A DNA stretch of 64,000 nt from Nitrospirota bacterium (GCA_963741205.1 CAVUHW010000022.1:32001-96000); one strand, 5' to 3'; positions 44,174 to 55,061 are shown, counted from the stretch's first letter. The notes: generated by a model from the letters alone, not told the origin. Numbers and translations are program-made.

Positions 44174-44728
44174 GTGTTTCCCTTCTTAAGTCTTAGATTA
44201 TACGCATTAGGGTCCTGCTCGGCAAATGAATCTTTACAGGACCTCATAGGGTCACCTGGGCTAGAGGGCCAAGAAAGACTCAAAGCCCGATAAGCATCCG
44301 GAAGGGGTGGAAGTAGATGAGGCGGGTGAATGGGCTAGAGTACTCGGGGAGATCTGTCGACTTGCCTTTTTTTAACGAGATCGCAAAGTTTCATGATGAA
44401 TACGTTTACGTACATGTTGCAGCCCATATGCTTTGCCATTGTCATCATATTGGCAATGCAGACTTGTAGATAGATTCTGCAAATTCCAATAATTGAAACT
44501 CCTGCGAAGTACAGGTGGGATTCTGCATCTACTATTTATCAGTCGCCGTTCCAAGCTTGTAGATTATTCGATGATCTGTCTTTACAAAAACCAATCTGTT
44601 CTCCGATTTTTTCCACTTATCTTGCTGATCAATTTGTAAGTATAGAATACCGATAACATTACAGGTTTTTTCTGCTAGGCTTGCCAATACATTAAAGATT
44701 ATGAGTAAAGTAAATACAGTTCGGAAGC

Positions 44729-44850
44729 GTGATTGACAAGCTCGTTATTTCACAACCGAGAGAGGCGATTCCCCCATCGATGAATTCCTTGATGGGCTGG
44801 ACATGAAGTCGCGGGCGAAGGTGGCTGTGCATTTATCGCTTCTCGGGGTT
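44729..44850 (+). pseudogene. HigB/Gp49-like (RelE superfamily) toxin N-terminal remnant
   Basis: YFTTERGDSPIDEFLDGLDMKSRAKVAVHLSLL; truncated, no antitoxin seen. Confidence 0.65.
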
Positions 44851-44955
44851 ACGATTGCGTTCGTTGCTGCGTAAATACCCCTCCGATGGTTTCATAATGG
44901 CTGTTCCCGCAAAAAAAAGTATACAAGCGAACCCGGTTTTATTATAATTGCACCT

Positions 44956-45891
44956 ATGCTCAATGCCGCGTACGCGCGATCATTAAAATATTTCCTGTTC
45001 ATCTGCCTTCTCGGGATGCTCGCCCTTTTCCCCAAGACTGCCTCTGCCACGCCGGATTACGCACGCCAGACCGGATTTGATTGCAGGAGGTGCCATGTCG
45101 ATGTGATCGGCGGCGGAGCGCTCACCGAGAGCGGGAAACAGTTTCTCGAACAAATTAAATCCCAAGGGCTTTACCGGCCGCTCACCATGGCCCAGCACAT
45201 CGTCCGCCTTATCATCGGCTATCTCCACATGTTAGCCGCCATTGTATGGTTCGGAACGATCATGTACGTTCATGTTCTGCTGAAGCCCGCATACGCCTCG
45301 AAGGGCCTGCCCAAGGGAGAACTGAGGCTTGGCTGGCTGTCGATGATTGTGCTCCTGATAACCGGAACGCTCCTTACCATTGCCAGGATTCCGTCGTGGG
45401 AGGCGTTCTTCACCACGCGGTTCGGCGTGCTCCTGGGCATCAAAATAGTCCTTTTCATGATCATGCTTTCGAGCGCCGTCCTGGTGACCATCTATATTGG
45501 CCCAAAATTGAGGAAACAGAAGTCCCTGGCGCCCGCGATGGATAACGGCGTCTGCACGCCCGACGGCCTCTGCCAGTTTGACGGAAAAGAGGGAAGGCCT
45601 GCTTACGTCGCCTACAAGGGGATCATCTACGATGTCACGAAGAGCAGGCTCTGGAAAAACGGCTCCCATGTGACCAAACATGGGGCAGGGAACGATCTGA
45701 CGGAGCTCCTCGCTACCGCGCCCCACGGCGAGGACAAGATCCTCGCCATGCCGCAGGTGGGAAAACTGCTCGCATCCGGCGAACAGCTGAAACAACCCTT
45801 TCACATAAAGCTCTTCTATTTCTTCGCATACATGAACCTCGTTCTCGTCTTCGTTATCACCTTCGTCATCGCCTTCTGGCGATGGTGGTAG
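44956..45891 (+). CDS. Membrane protein: heme c (CxxCH) + CopD-like TMs + cytochrome b5-like domain
   Basis: Signal peptide, CRRCH, LHMLAAIVWFG TM, FDGKEGRPAYVAYKG.IYDVT...H.AG.DLT...APH. Confidence 0.85.
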   Translation: MLNAAYARSLKYFLFICLLGMLALFPKTASATPDYARQTGFDCRRCHVDVIGGGALTESGKQFLEQIKSQGLYRPLTMAQHIVRLIIGYLHMLAAIVWFGTIMYVHVLLKPAYASKGLPKGELRLGWLSMIVLLITGTLLTIARIPSWEAFFTTRFGVLLGIKIVLFMIMLSSAVLVTIYIGPKLRKQKSLAPAMDNGVCTPDGLCQFDGKEGRPAYVAYKGIIYDVTKSRLWKNGSHVTKHGAGNDLTELLATAPHGEDKILAMPQVGKLLASGEQLKQPFHIKLFYFFAYMNLVLVFVITFVIAFWRWW

Positions 45892-46084
45892 GTTGATCCC
45901 TCCTCAATCCTTCCGCGAACTCGTGAAGTGCTCGTTGCGTTCGTGTGTCCGGATGCGGGACAGGACCCTCGAACCAAGGTAAGGTGCGAGCTATGCCTAT
46001 GCTATACTATTACCTTGAAGTCTTATGCAATTCGCCGTAAACGTCAGGCGGCATTCGGCTTCAAACCATTGAAGGAGGTGCGGA

Positions 46085-46788
46085 ATGACAAAAAAAACGG
46101 CATTCTGGATTTTTTTCTGGGGCACGGTCTCATCGGCCGTCATTTTTCTGTGGCTCACCTGGGACACCCACCGCCAGGTCGAGGCGCTGTCACACGTGGA
46201 CAAGCTCTCTGACACGGTCGTTGACGGGAAGCGGACGTTCGAGAAGTACAACTGCAACGATTGCCATACGATCCTCGGCTTCGGCGCGTACTACGCGCCT
46301 GATCTCACCAAGGTGGTCCAGCGCGTCGGGGAGGACGGCATCCGGTTTCGAATTAAGAACCCGGAGAAGGCCCTTGCCGCCTCCTGGCGCAAGATGCCGA
46401 ACCAGAATGTATCGGACGCCGAGATCGACAATCTCATCGCATTCTTCACTTGGGTCGGGAACGTCGAGAACGGTGACTGGCCCCCGCAGGACAGCAAGAA
46501 GCGCCTCTCCCGCAGCGAGGAGAGAATGGTTGCGGGAGCGGGCGCATCCCCGGGCGCGGCGGTGTTTCAGACCCGGGGCTGCATGAACTGCCATTCGCTG
46601 CACGGCACGGGCGGGACCTTCGGTCCGGCCCTTGATACGATCGGCCGGAAGCTCGAGTCATGGAGCAGATAGAGCATTACATCAAAAATCCCAAGTCAGT
46701 AAATCCCAAAGCTATGATGCCGGCCCAGACAACTCTCTCGGAAAAAGAGCTTGAAGAAGTCGCCGGGTTCCTGGCGAAATTACAATAG
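46085..46788 (+). CDS. norC: Nitric oxide reductase cytochrome c subunit, diheme (frameshift near 46660)
   Basis: N-terminal TM, CNDCHTILGFGAYYAPDLT, RKMP; second domain CMNCH...GPAL...MMP. Confidence 0.9.
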
Positions 46789-46797
46789 GAGGAAACG

Positions 46798-48131
46798 ATG
46801 GAATACCGCTCACAAAAAATAGCGTACTGGTATTTTGTTGTTGCCCTGCTCCTGTTCGCGCTCCAGGTTGTCATGGGGCTCTGGCTTGCATTCAGCTACA
46901 GCTTCACCGTGCCGCAGAAGCATCGTGGACGTATTCCCCTTTGCAACAGCACGCGCCATGCATACGAACCTGCTCGTGCTCTGGATGCTGCTCGGGTTCA
47001 TGGGGGGAACGTACTACATCGTACCGGAGGAAACAAAGAGCGAGATCTATTCAGCGAAGCTCGCCTGGTTCCAGCTCATCGCCTGGTCACTACAGGGGTC
47101 GTCGCTCTCGTGGGATTCATCTTTGGCTGGACACAGGGCAGTCCGCTCCTGGAGATACCGACTACCCTCGACTTCGTCGTGGTTGCGGGCGCACTCGTAT
47201 TTCTGTTCAATGTCGGGATGACCATGTACATGGCCAAGCGCTGGACCGTGATCCAGGGCACGCTTCTCGGCGGGCTGCTCTTTCTTGCGCTCCTGTACCT
47301 CTTCGGAATACCCTTTTACCGGAACGAGGTGATCGACTGGTATTACTGGTGGTGGGTCATCCATCTCTGGGTGGAAGGGGCGTGGGAGCTCGTGACCGCC
47401 TCTATTTTCGCGTTCGTACTGATGAAGCTCACCGGCGTTGACCGTCAGGTGGTGGAGAAATGGCTCTATGTGGAGATAGGTCTCTTCCTCTTTACCGGAA
47501 TCGTCGGCACGGGCCATCACTACTATTGGATCGGCGCTCCACGGTACTGGCTCTGGTTCGGCGGGATCTTTTCGGCCCTTGAACCGCTACCGATCCTGCT
47601 CATGCTCATCGATACCATGAACCATGTCAAGCAACGGAAAACGGAAGATAATCAATCCGCTCACCTGGACCATCGCCGTCGGCTGCGCGGCGATGCATAT
47701 GATCGGCGCCGGGGTATGGGGTTTCATGCACACGCTCCCTCAGATCAACTACTATACCCACGGATCGCAGGTTACGGTGTCGCACGGGCACCTCGCGTTT
47801 TTCGGGGCCTATGCGCTCCTCAACATCATGGTCTTCTACTACGCCATGCCGAAGATCAAGGGGATCGAGGTGTACGATGCCGTCGCGCGGCAAGGCGGCG
47901 TTCTGGACCATGTCCACCGCCATGATGCTCATGGGGTTATCCTTCGGCATAGCCGGCGTGGTGCAGTCCTACCTCGAACGGGTGCTCGGCATGGGGTACA
48001 TGGCGGCCCAGTCCTACATGCGTCTATGGATGGGCGTCACGTTCTTTTTGGGGATATGCTTTTTCATCGGGGTTCTCATCCTGGTCACGGATCTGCTGTT
48101 TCTGCGGCCAGCGCGGAAAGCGGCGGGATAA
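46798..48131 (+). CDS. norB: Nitric oxide reductase large subunit (cNor; several frameshifts)
   Basis: ARAMHTNLL, HLWVEGAWE, GTGHHYYW, SALEP, HTLPQINYYTHG, HGHLAFFGAY. Confidence 0.95.
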
Positions 48132-48262
48132 CGGTTGCGTCAAGCGGACCACGGTGGCAGCTTTTGACCATCGGAGTATGACTGAAGAGGGGATGCCACG
48201 GAATTCGAAGTGCCCACAGCGGGAGGAAACAGCGATCCGTGAGCGCTCGACGAATGATCTGG

Positions 48263-49537
48263 TCAGTGCACGGAACAGGAGATGCACGGATCGTAGGACC
48301 GGACCAGCATCTGGGCAAGGAGCTCGATGTCCCCATCGGCCGAACCGCTGGATGCGTACTGCGCCGCAAGTTCTTCGAGGTCGTGCTGGATGTTGGCGTG
48401 GTTTTGGCTCGTGGGAATCACGCAGTCACACCGGATTATCCTGCCCTCATCGTCGAACTCGTAACAGTGATAGAGAATTCCGCGGGGCGCTTCCACCGCG
48501 CCGACACCCACTCCGTACTTTGGATGAACGGCCTGACGCGGTTCCTGCCATGGCGAGCCCATGAGCTCATCGATAAGACTGATTGCCTCGCTGACAACCT
48601 GAACGCATTCCACGAGCTGGCCGATATTGTTCATAAAGGGGTTATGATTCACCGGCTTGAGCCCGAAGGAGACGGCTATTTCTTTTGCATCGGGACAAAG
48701 AAATTCGAAATTGTTGTTTAAGCGGGCGAGCGCGCCCACGGCAAAGGACCCCCGAGAGAGCCGGCTCCACTTCGATGTGGACTGCTCCACCAGATATTCA
48801 TTTGTCATCGAGCGGTATTCGCTTTCTCTCCTGATGACGCCGTCCGTTGATATCAAATCTCCTCCGATGAACGGATAATTCCCCTCTCCCTTCAAAGACA
48901 CAAACTCGGTTTCCCGGACGAAGTCCGGTATCGCAAAGCTCCGAAACAGCTCTGCGGTTCGCAGGAGGTCCTCCCGCGAATCATGAAGCCTCATCTTGAA
49001 ATGGAAGAGCTCTTTCTTCCCGGGCAGCATGGTGAAACCGCCAGCGACAACCCTCGTGGGATGCAAACGGCGGCCGCCGACGCAGTCACAGAGGTCATTG
49101 GCGAGCAGCTTTATTCTCGCGGCCCGCTGCACGACATCGGGATGGGAATTAATGAGCGGAAACACGCTTCCGACGTTCAGAAAGTCGGGGGCGACGAGAA
49201 AATAAAGGTGGAGGACGTGGCTCTGAAGCGTCTCCATGTGTTTGAGGAGCAGTCGCAATTTCCGGGTCTGGTCGGTCGGGACGATCCCAAAGGCGTTCTC
49301 CACGGCCCGGATGCTTGCCAGGGTATGGCTGATGGAGCAGATGCCGCAGATGCGGGAGCTGATCCAGGGGGCGTTTTCCCACTTCTTTCCGACGAGCATC
49401 GCCTCGAAGAGGCGCGGCGTTTCCACCACGTTCCACCGCGCTTCTTCAAGCTTACCGTCCCGGATTCTTATCTTGATGTCGCCGTGGCCCTCGACCCGGG
49501 TGACATGATGGATGTCAATATTGCAGTTAACCTTCAT
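48263..49537 (-). CDS. Group 3b [NiFe]-hydrogenase large (alpha) subunit
   Basis: TRVEGHG, L1 RICGIC, EAPRG, L2 YDPCISCSVH*. Confidence 0.95.
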   Translation of the reverse strand: MKVNCNIDIHHVTRVEGHGDIKIRIRDGKLEEARWNVVETPRLFEAMLVGKKWENAPWISSRICGICSISHTLASIRAVENAFGIVPTDQTRKLRLLLKHMETLQSHVLHLYFLVAPDFLNVGSVFPLINSHPDVVQRAARIKLLANDLCDCVGGRRLHPTRVVAGGFTMLPGKKELFHFKMRLHDSREDLLRTAELFRSFAIPDFVRETEFVSLKGEGNYPFIGGDLISTDGVIRRESEYRSMTNEYLVEQSTSKWSRLSRGSFAVGALARLNNNFEFLCPDAKEIAVSFGLKPVNHNPFMNNIGQLVECVQVVSEAISLIDELMGSPWQEPRQAVHPKYGVGVGAVEAPRGILYHCYEFDDEGRIIRCDCVIPTSQNHANIQHDLEELAAQYASSGSADGDIELLAQMLVRSYDPCISCSVH

Positions 49538-49608
49538 TCGAAATCCTCACCGGACAGGATTACAGAATAACATCTGATAAAGTCCTATCCCGTAAATTCC
49601 GTATCTTG

Positions 49609-50430
49609 TCAAAGATTGGACCTTTCTGAGATTTTCTTTCGCAGTATTTCCGCATGGGCTTTGAACCCCCCGAAACATTCGAGACGGTCCAGGATTGTTT
49701 CCTCGGGAAAACCATGCTCTTTCATAATCTTCTTCATCTGCTCCACGTTGGCGTCGTCGGAAGGACCGCGGCAGCCCCAGCACCCGGCGCGGTTGCTCGG
49801 GCACCAGGAGTCGCAGCCGCCTCTTGTGATCGGTCCCAGGCAGGGCTCTCCAAGGTCGAAGAGGCAGATGTTTTGGTTCGCGGTGCATTCCATGCAAACG
49901 CAATACTTCGGGTGGACTACCGCCTTCCCGATGACGATGTTCGTAATGATCTTTTCGACCTCCTCCTTCCTGACCGGACAGCCGTAAATTTTAAGATCGA
50001 CGGCCACGAAGTCTTCAATCGGTCTTGCCGCGTCATTCGTGTCTATCCCGCCCGTTCCATACACCTGTTTTTTTACCCAGGCCGGATCATTAAACCGGTT
50101 TTTGAGCTGGTTCACGCCGCCGAAGCAGGCGCAGGAGCCGAAGGCCACAAGCACCTTTGCGTTCTTCCGGATCGTGGTTAGGCGCTCGATTTCATCGGCG
50201 CGGGTAACGCTCCCTTCGACGAAGGCGATATCATAGTTGTCGCTTCTTTCGGCCATGGCCTCGCGAAAATTCACGACCTTCACCAGGGAGAGAAAATCCA
50301 GGAGCGACGTTTCGTTGTTCACGATCTGCAGCTGGCACCCCTCGCAGGAGGTGAGCTCGAAGAAGGCGACGCCCGGACGCTCAACCGGAACGCCGAGATA
50401 GGTGCGGGTCTGCTGTTTCTGTTCGTCCAT
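49609..50430 (-). CDS. Group 3b hydrogenase small (delta) subunit
   Basis: TSCEGCQ, EGS, GSCACFGG, GCP, CLGPITRGGC, CWGCRG. Confidence 0.93.
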   Translation of the reverse strand: MDEQKQQTRTYLGVPVERPGVAFFELTSCEGCQLQIVNNETSLLDFLSLVKVVNFREAMAERSDNYDIAFVEGSVTRADEIERLTTIRKNAKVLVAFGSCACFGGVNQLKNRFNDPAWVKKQVYGTGGIDTNDAARPIEDFVAVDLKIYGCPVRKEEVEKIITNIVIGKAVVHPKYCVCMECTANQNICLFDLGEPCLGPITRGGCDSWCPSNRAGCWGCRGPSDDANVEQMKKIMKEHGFPEETILDRLECFGGFKAHAEILRKKISERSNL

Positions 50431-51335
50431 CAGATAGCCTCTTTCAGGTTCATCACGGTCCAGTAGTCGAATACCGGTCCGGACAGGCATATGTACGTGG
50501 AGCCCACGTTGCAGCGGCAGCACTTTCCCATGCCGCAGTGCATGCGCCGTTCCAGGGAGACATACATCTTCTGCATGGGAATGCCGATCTCGCTCAGCAT
50601 ATTGCAGACGGATTTGAACATGACCGGCGGACCGCAGACAACGGCGTAGGTGTTCCTTGCGAACGTTTTGTCGCTTTCCAACGCCATCTGCTCAAGGACC
50701 TTCGTGGTAAGGCCCACGGGCCCTTTCCACGCGTGATCGGCCTTCTCAACGATGACGGCCAGTTCGATATCGTCCTTTCGCCAGGCGTCGTATTGGTAGG
50801 TGAACAGAAGCTGCGACGGCTCCTTCGTCCCATAGATGATATTCACGTTCTCAAAAAGGTTGCGGTTTTCCTGCACATAGGCGATCGGCGAGCGCAGCGA
50901 TGCAAGGCCGAGCCCGCCAGCGATCAGGAGAATGTTCTGGCCATGCATCTCATCCATGGGGAAGCTGGTGCCGAAGGGGCCCCGAATCCCCACGCGCACG
51001 CCGCGGCCGGCTCTGGACAAAAAGTTGGTGAGGTTGCCGACTTTGCGAATGCAGAGTTCCACGTCCCCGTGGCTGCTCGGCGAGGAGGAGATGCCGAAGG
51101 GCGCTTCGCCGATGCCCGGCAGCTCCAGCATCAGGAACTGGCCGGGTTTGAAGGCGAACCGCTTCCTTTCTTCCTCATTGATGATGCGTATCCGGTAGAG
51201 GTTCTCCATGGCGGTAAGCCGGTGTACGCTCGTAATCTCCGCCTTGAAGGAATGCTCAAACGTGGAAAGATCGTTTCTGCGATAGTATGCGGAAGAGTTC
51301 GAGACCACATTGGTGAATTTCAGCCGGGTATCCAC
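50430..51335 (-). CDS. Group 3b hydrogenase gamma subunit (FAD/NAD(P), 2Fe-2S)
   Basis: FKPGQF, RGPFG, AGGLGLA, CGPPVM, ERRMHCGMGKCCRC...C..GPVF. Confidence 0.93.
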   Translation of the reverse strand: MDTRLKFTNVVSNSSAYYRRNDLSTFEHSFKAEITSVHRLTAMENLYRIRIINEEERKRFAFKPGQFLMLELPGIGEAPFGISSSPSSHGDVELCIRKVGNLTNFLSRAGRGVRVGIRGPFGTSFPMDEMHGQNILLIAGGLGLASLRSPIAYVQENRNLFENVNIIYGTKEPSQLLFTYQYDAWRKDDIELAVIVEKADHAWKGPVGLTTKVLEQMALESDKTFARNTYAVVCGPPVMFKSVCNMLSEIGIPMQKMYVSLERRMHCGMGKCCRCNVGSTYICLSGPVFDYWTVMNLKEAI

Positions 51336-52379
51336 TTAACCCCCCTCTCCGCGAACGCTGGCGATGACTCGCGGAACGGTAATTTTCGCCAGGCAAGCCT
51401 CGCCGCAGCGGCCGCAGCCCACGCAAAGCGACTCCTCGTACGCCTCCACAAAGCCGCGGTGTTTATGATAGTAGCGGTATTTGAGCCGGGAAGACCTCTC
51501 AGGCCTGAAATTGCGGCCGCCGGCGACCTCTGCAAAATCAATGACCGTGCAAGCATAAAGGGTCTTGATCTTCCGGGCGCTCTTGAGGTCGACGTCCACG
51601 GTCTCTTCCACACCGTAACAGTAACAGGTCGGGCAAACGTTCGCGCACGCGCCGCAGCCGAGGCACTTGTCGCCCCACTCTTTCCAGACCGGGGACTGAA
51701 ACTCCATGTCGAGGATCTTCGTCAGGTCCGTCGTGTCAACCTGCGCCTTGAACATTCCGTTCTTCTCCGCAACGACCTTCATATACTGCATGTGGTCGGC
51801 CTCTTCCGGCGCGCGCGTCGCAACGCTTCGGAGAATATCGTAGGCCGCCGCGGAGAGGATTTCAATGAAGTATCGGCCGCCGATGTCGGTGAGGAACATA
51901 TCGAAACCGTGGAGCGCGGTGTCAGTTCCCATGGAACGGCAGAAGCAGAAGGGCTGGGGCCGGCAGTCGATGCCGATGATAAACGTGTTCCTGCGCTTTG
52001 CCGCGTAATAGGGCATGGGGTAGACATTACCCATCAATACCTTATCAAGCCTGTTCAGCGCGTTGATATCGCAGGCATGGAGACCGAAGAGCACCAAAGG
52101 GCTGTCGCAGTTGTAATCTACGGTCTTGCGCCAGTCGGCGCCGTCGATCTGAAAGGTCGCGAGGTTCTCTTTGAAAGGAAGAAAATACCTCTTCGCGGAG
52201 TGTCTGGTCGTCGTGAAGTCGAGCCGAAGGTTTTCGAATTCAGAAACCGGTTCAAAGGCATAGAGCGGCTTCCCGCTGCGGTCAATGCCGGTTTCAACAG
52301 GTCCAACGACCGCATTTTCCGCAGCGAGGCGGCAGAAGAGCTTCTTTAGCTCTTCATGTGCCAGGACCCTGAATAGCAT
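51336..52379 (-). CDS. Group 3b hydrogenase beta subunit (4Fe-4S)
   Basis: ACD, CFC, CLGCGACANVCPTCYC, CVGCGRCGEAC; likely start MLFRVL. Confidence 0.92.
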   Translation of the reverse strand: MLFRVLAHEELKKLFCRLAAENAVVGPVETGIDRSGKPLYAFEPVSEFENLRLDFTTTRHSAKRYFLPFKENLATFQIDGADWRKTVDYNCDSPLVLFGLHACDINALNRLDKVLMGNVYPMPYYAAKRRNTFIIGIDCRPQPFCFCRSMGTDTALHGFDMFLTDIGGRYFIEILSAAAYDILRSVATRAPEEADHMQYMKVVAEKNGMFKAQVDTTDLTKILDMEFQSPVWKEWGDKCLGCGACANVCPTCYCYGVEETVDVDLKSARKIKTLYACTVIDFAEVAGGRNFRPERSSRLKYRYYHKHRGFVEAYEESLCVGCGRCGEACLAKITVPRVIASVRGEGG

Positions 52380-52818
52380 GAGTGAGTACCTCTTATTGCC
52401 TGACATTTCAACGTAGTAACGAAAGACCACCCCGAAAAATTTTTTTAGGTCGTCGTTGCGGGGATCGGAGCACTTTCCGATTTTTTCTCTTACTTGAAGT
52501 TTAGCAAAAGTTGCGCAATATTGAGGCTCATACCCTCTTCGTGTTATTAAGTTAATGCTCTTTGCAACTTTAACTGTTCGTAGGTATGTTTGGTTCCGCC
52601 ATGGACCCAGCTGAAGCATTATACCCTCTTTATGTAAATTCCTGCAATCCCTTGTTTTGATGTTGCATAATCCTGCCGTCCACAGAGGCACAATCCTGCG
52701 TAATAAGCAGATGACGGCCGCTACAGACGACGGCCGCTACTATCCATAATCCAGATCCTTTGCTATAATAGGGGAGCGTAGCCGTGAAGCGTTGAAGGCA
52801 GCGTGAGGAGGCATCGCC

Positions 52819-53013
52819 ATGCAATGCCCTCATTTGACGGGGAAGCAGGTCCCGACCTGTATGGTAGACAGCGCTGTTTACATCCCCAGCATCTCAGAGC
52901 TCGAGGAGTACTGCCTGAGCAAGAAGTACGAGGAGTGTCCGTTCCTGCGCAACTTCACAAACGCCGATAAGAGCCTGCTCCATCCCGTTGATGGAATGCG
53001 GCCTTTTCAGTAA
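52819..53013 (+). CDS. Small Cys-rich putative metal-binding protein
   Basis: RBS gaggagg; MQCPHL...C....YIPS..EL..YC......CP; followed by a terminator-like hairpin. Confidence 0.7.
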   Translation: MQCPHLTGKQVPTCMVDSAVYIPSISELEEYCLSKKYEECPFLRNFTNADKSLLHPVDGMRPFQ

Positions 53014-53050
53014 GTGGTACAATGGGGACTCACGGTCCGACGCCCTTCAT

Positions 53051-53084
53051 GCCATCCTGGAGTTTTCCGCAGGATGGTTTTTTT
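53051..53084 (+). terminator. Rho-independent terminator
   Basis: gccatcctg...caggatggt followed by a T-run. Confidence 0.6.
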
Positions 53085-53299
53085 ACGGGTTTTCAGATTT
53101 TCGAAGTACGAATCGAACCGTCAGTGACGTACGAGGTGTGAAGAAGACGCTTGAAATCGAGCTAACCTTTTGTCACTTCCTCCAATCGCGGCGTGACTCC
53201 TGATATACTGAAAGCAGAAGAAGCATGATTTCGAGAGTCTGATCCGTCTCCTCGATATTACGACTTAAAGCTTACAACTCATTCCAGGAGGGACCAACC

Positions 53300-53701
53300 A
53301 TGACTAAGGCAAAAAAAGTAAAACAGCTTCAATTCATGATGTCTGACCGGACAGGACGGCTTTCGGAGATCACGACAGCACTCGCCGGCGCCAAGGTGAA
53401 TATCACCAACATCTGCGCATACGGCATGGAACAGGAGGCAACCTTCATGCTGACCGTGGACAGCAACGCGAAGGCAAAAAAGGCTCTCGCCCCCCTCGGC
53501 GTCGCGATCAAAGAAAATGACGTCGTTATCGTGGAGATGCAGAACAAGCCCGGGGAACTTCAGAAGGTGGCGAAGAAAATCGGCGATGCGGGAATCAACA
53601 TCTACTATATGTACGGCACGAGCTCAGGCGCAAGGTCGGGGAATTGCATTTTTGCCACCTCTGATGATGCACAGGCGATCAAGCTCATTAATAAAAAATG
53701 A
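53300..53701 (+). CDS. Tandem ACT domain protein
   Basis: DRTGRLSEIT..L..A.VNI and NKPGEL..VA..IGDAGINI.YMYG. Confidence 0.88.
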   Translation: MTKAKKVKQLQFMMSDRTGRLSEITTALAGAKVNITNICAYGMEQEATFMLTVDSNAKAKKALAPLGVAIKENDVVIVEMQNKPGELQKVAKKIGDAGINIYYMYGTSSGARSGNCIFATSDDAQAIKLINKK

Positions 53702-53810
53702 TTCTGATAATCATAGCGCGGAGACGATCCCTGCTTCGCGGCATGATGTAATAGGTATCCCTGTCTGAGGTCAAGAGTTTAGTGTGTGCAAGAAGCAAGG
53801 GAGGGGTCTC

Positions 53811-54963
53811 ATGAGAGCACGGGGGCCGTTCAAGACATATGGTGTCTTTGTGGTGTTGTCGGTGATGATACTTTCGGCATGCCACGGGAGTGGCGGGGGA
53901 AGCACTGTCGTAGCGCCGCCTATCCCTACAGTTCTAACGGTTGGGGCGCCGCCGGTATCCGATACCGTGGTTCGCCCTGGGTTTAACGCTTATGCTGCGT
54001 CGGTCACGCCAGGCTCTTTCTATAAGATAAGCATCACCGCTCCAACAGATGATGTTGACCTTAACGTATATGATGCGGACAGCACCTTCACGCATCCGAT
54101 CATATGTCCTGTTGACAACAGTGTCATTCCTGTTACGTCTCCCGAGGACTGCATCCTCATACCCGCTGGAAATACGCTTTACTTCGGCGTGGACGGATCA
54201 TTTCTTGTGGGATCAGCTGCCGTATATACGATTGGCGTAGAACTATTGTCCGAGACCAAGTTTGCATCTCTCCATCCCGCTTCAGTGATCAGACCACCCA
54301 GCGCGGCGCCGGAGTTTATTCCGTGCCCGTATCGCCCGGTGCCTACACCGTCAGCATCACCGGGCTCACCGATGACGCGGATCTCCATGTCTTTATCGAC
54401 AACGGTTCCGTCATTTCCCCAGCGGTCTGCTCCGCCGCCACCGTGAGCAATACCTTGCTCATCGGAAATGCGCCGGAAGACTGTACCTTGAATGTTACCA
54501 CGGGCAGCACGGCCGTATTTTTCGTCGTCGACGGACTCTTCAGCTCCGCATTCACGGTCCAGTATACGGCCCTTGTGACACCGGCCCCGAACGTGCCGAA
54601 TCCCGGTGACCGAAGGGACCGCACACGTCTCCCGTCCGTCATAACACGTCAGATACGCCGACAACGGGACAGGTCGGCTCCGGCCGGCACGAGCTTCTAC
54701 GCAGTGAACGGACTGACGCCGGGGTCGCGTTATACCATCAGCATTACCGGCCTGACGGAGGCTGCAACCTCACCGTGTTCGCAGTAAGCACCTTCACGAC
54801 CCACCTGCTCTGCTCGATCAATAATACTCCTTTGGCCGGAACGACGCCTGAGAGATGCACCCTGCTAGCGCCCAGGGAGGGACGGTCTTTTTCACAGTAG
54901 TATCTGGCTCAACGCACCGGAAACGGCGCAGCGTATATTGTCCTGGTTGAACCGGGACCCTGA
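53811..54963 (+). CDS. Lipoprotein with three PPC-like (pre-peptidase C-terminal) repeats (frameshifted)
   Basis: Lipobox LSAC; repeats Y.ISIT..TDD.DL.V...C.....PE.C; end approximate. Confidence 0.65.
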
Positions 54964-54996
54964 TAGACAACCCGGCAGCGAATGCCATAAAACACA

Positions 54997-55038
54997 AAAG
55001 GGCCGACCTCATAGAAGGTCGGCCCTGCGCATTTTTTT
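54997..55038. terminator. Bidirectional terminator
   Basis: agggccgacct-catag-aaggtcggccct stem between convergent genes. Confidence 0.7.
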
Positions 55039-55061
55039 CTGTTTTCACCAATCGAGGACGA

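Noticed and set aside
50538-52349. Long antisense ORFs (also 6729-7634, 30304-31482, 55607-56845)
   Set aside because: They are shadows of well-supported genes on the opposite strand in GC-rich DNA and show no motifs.
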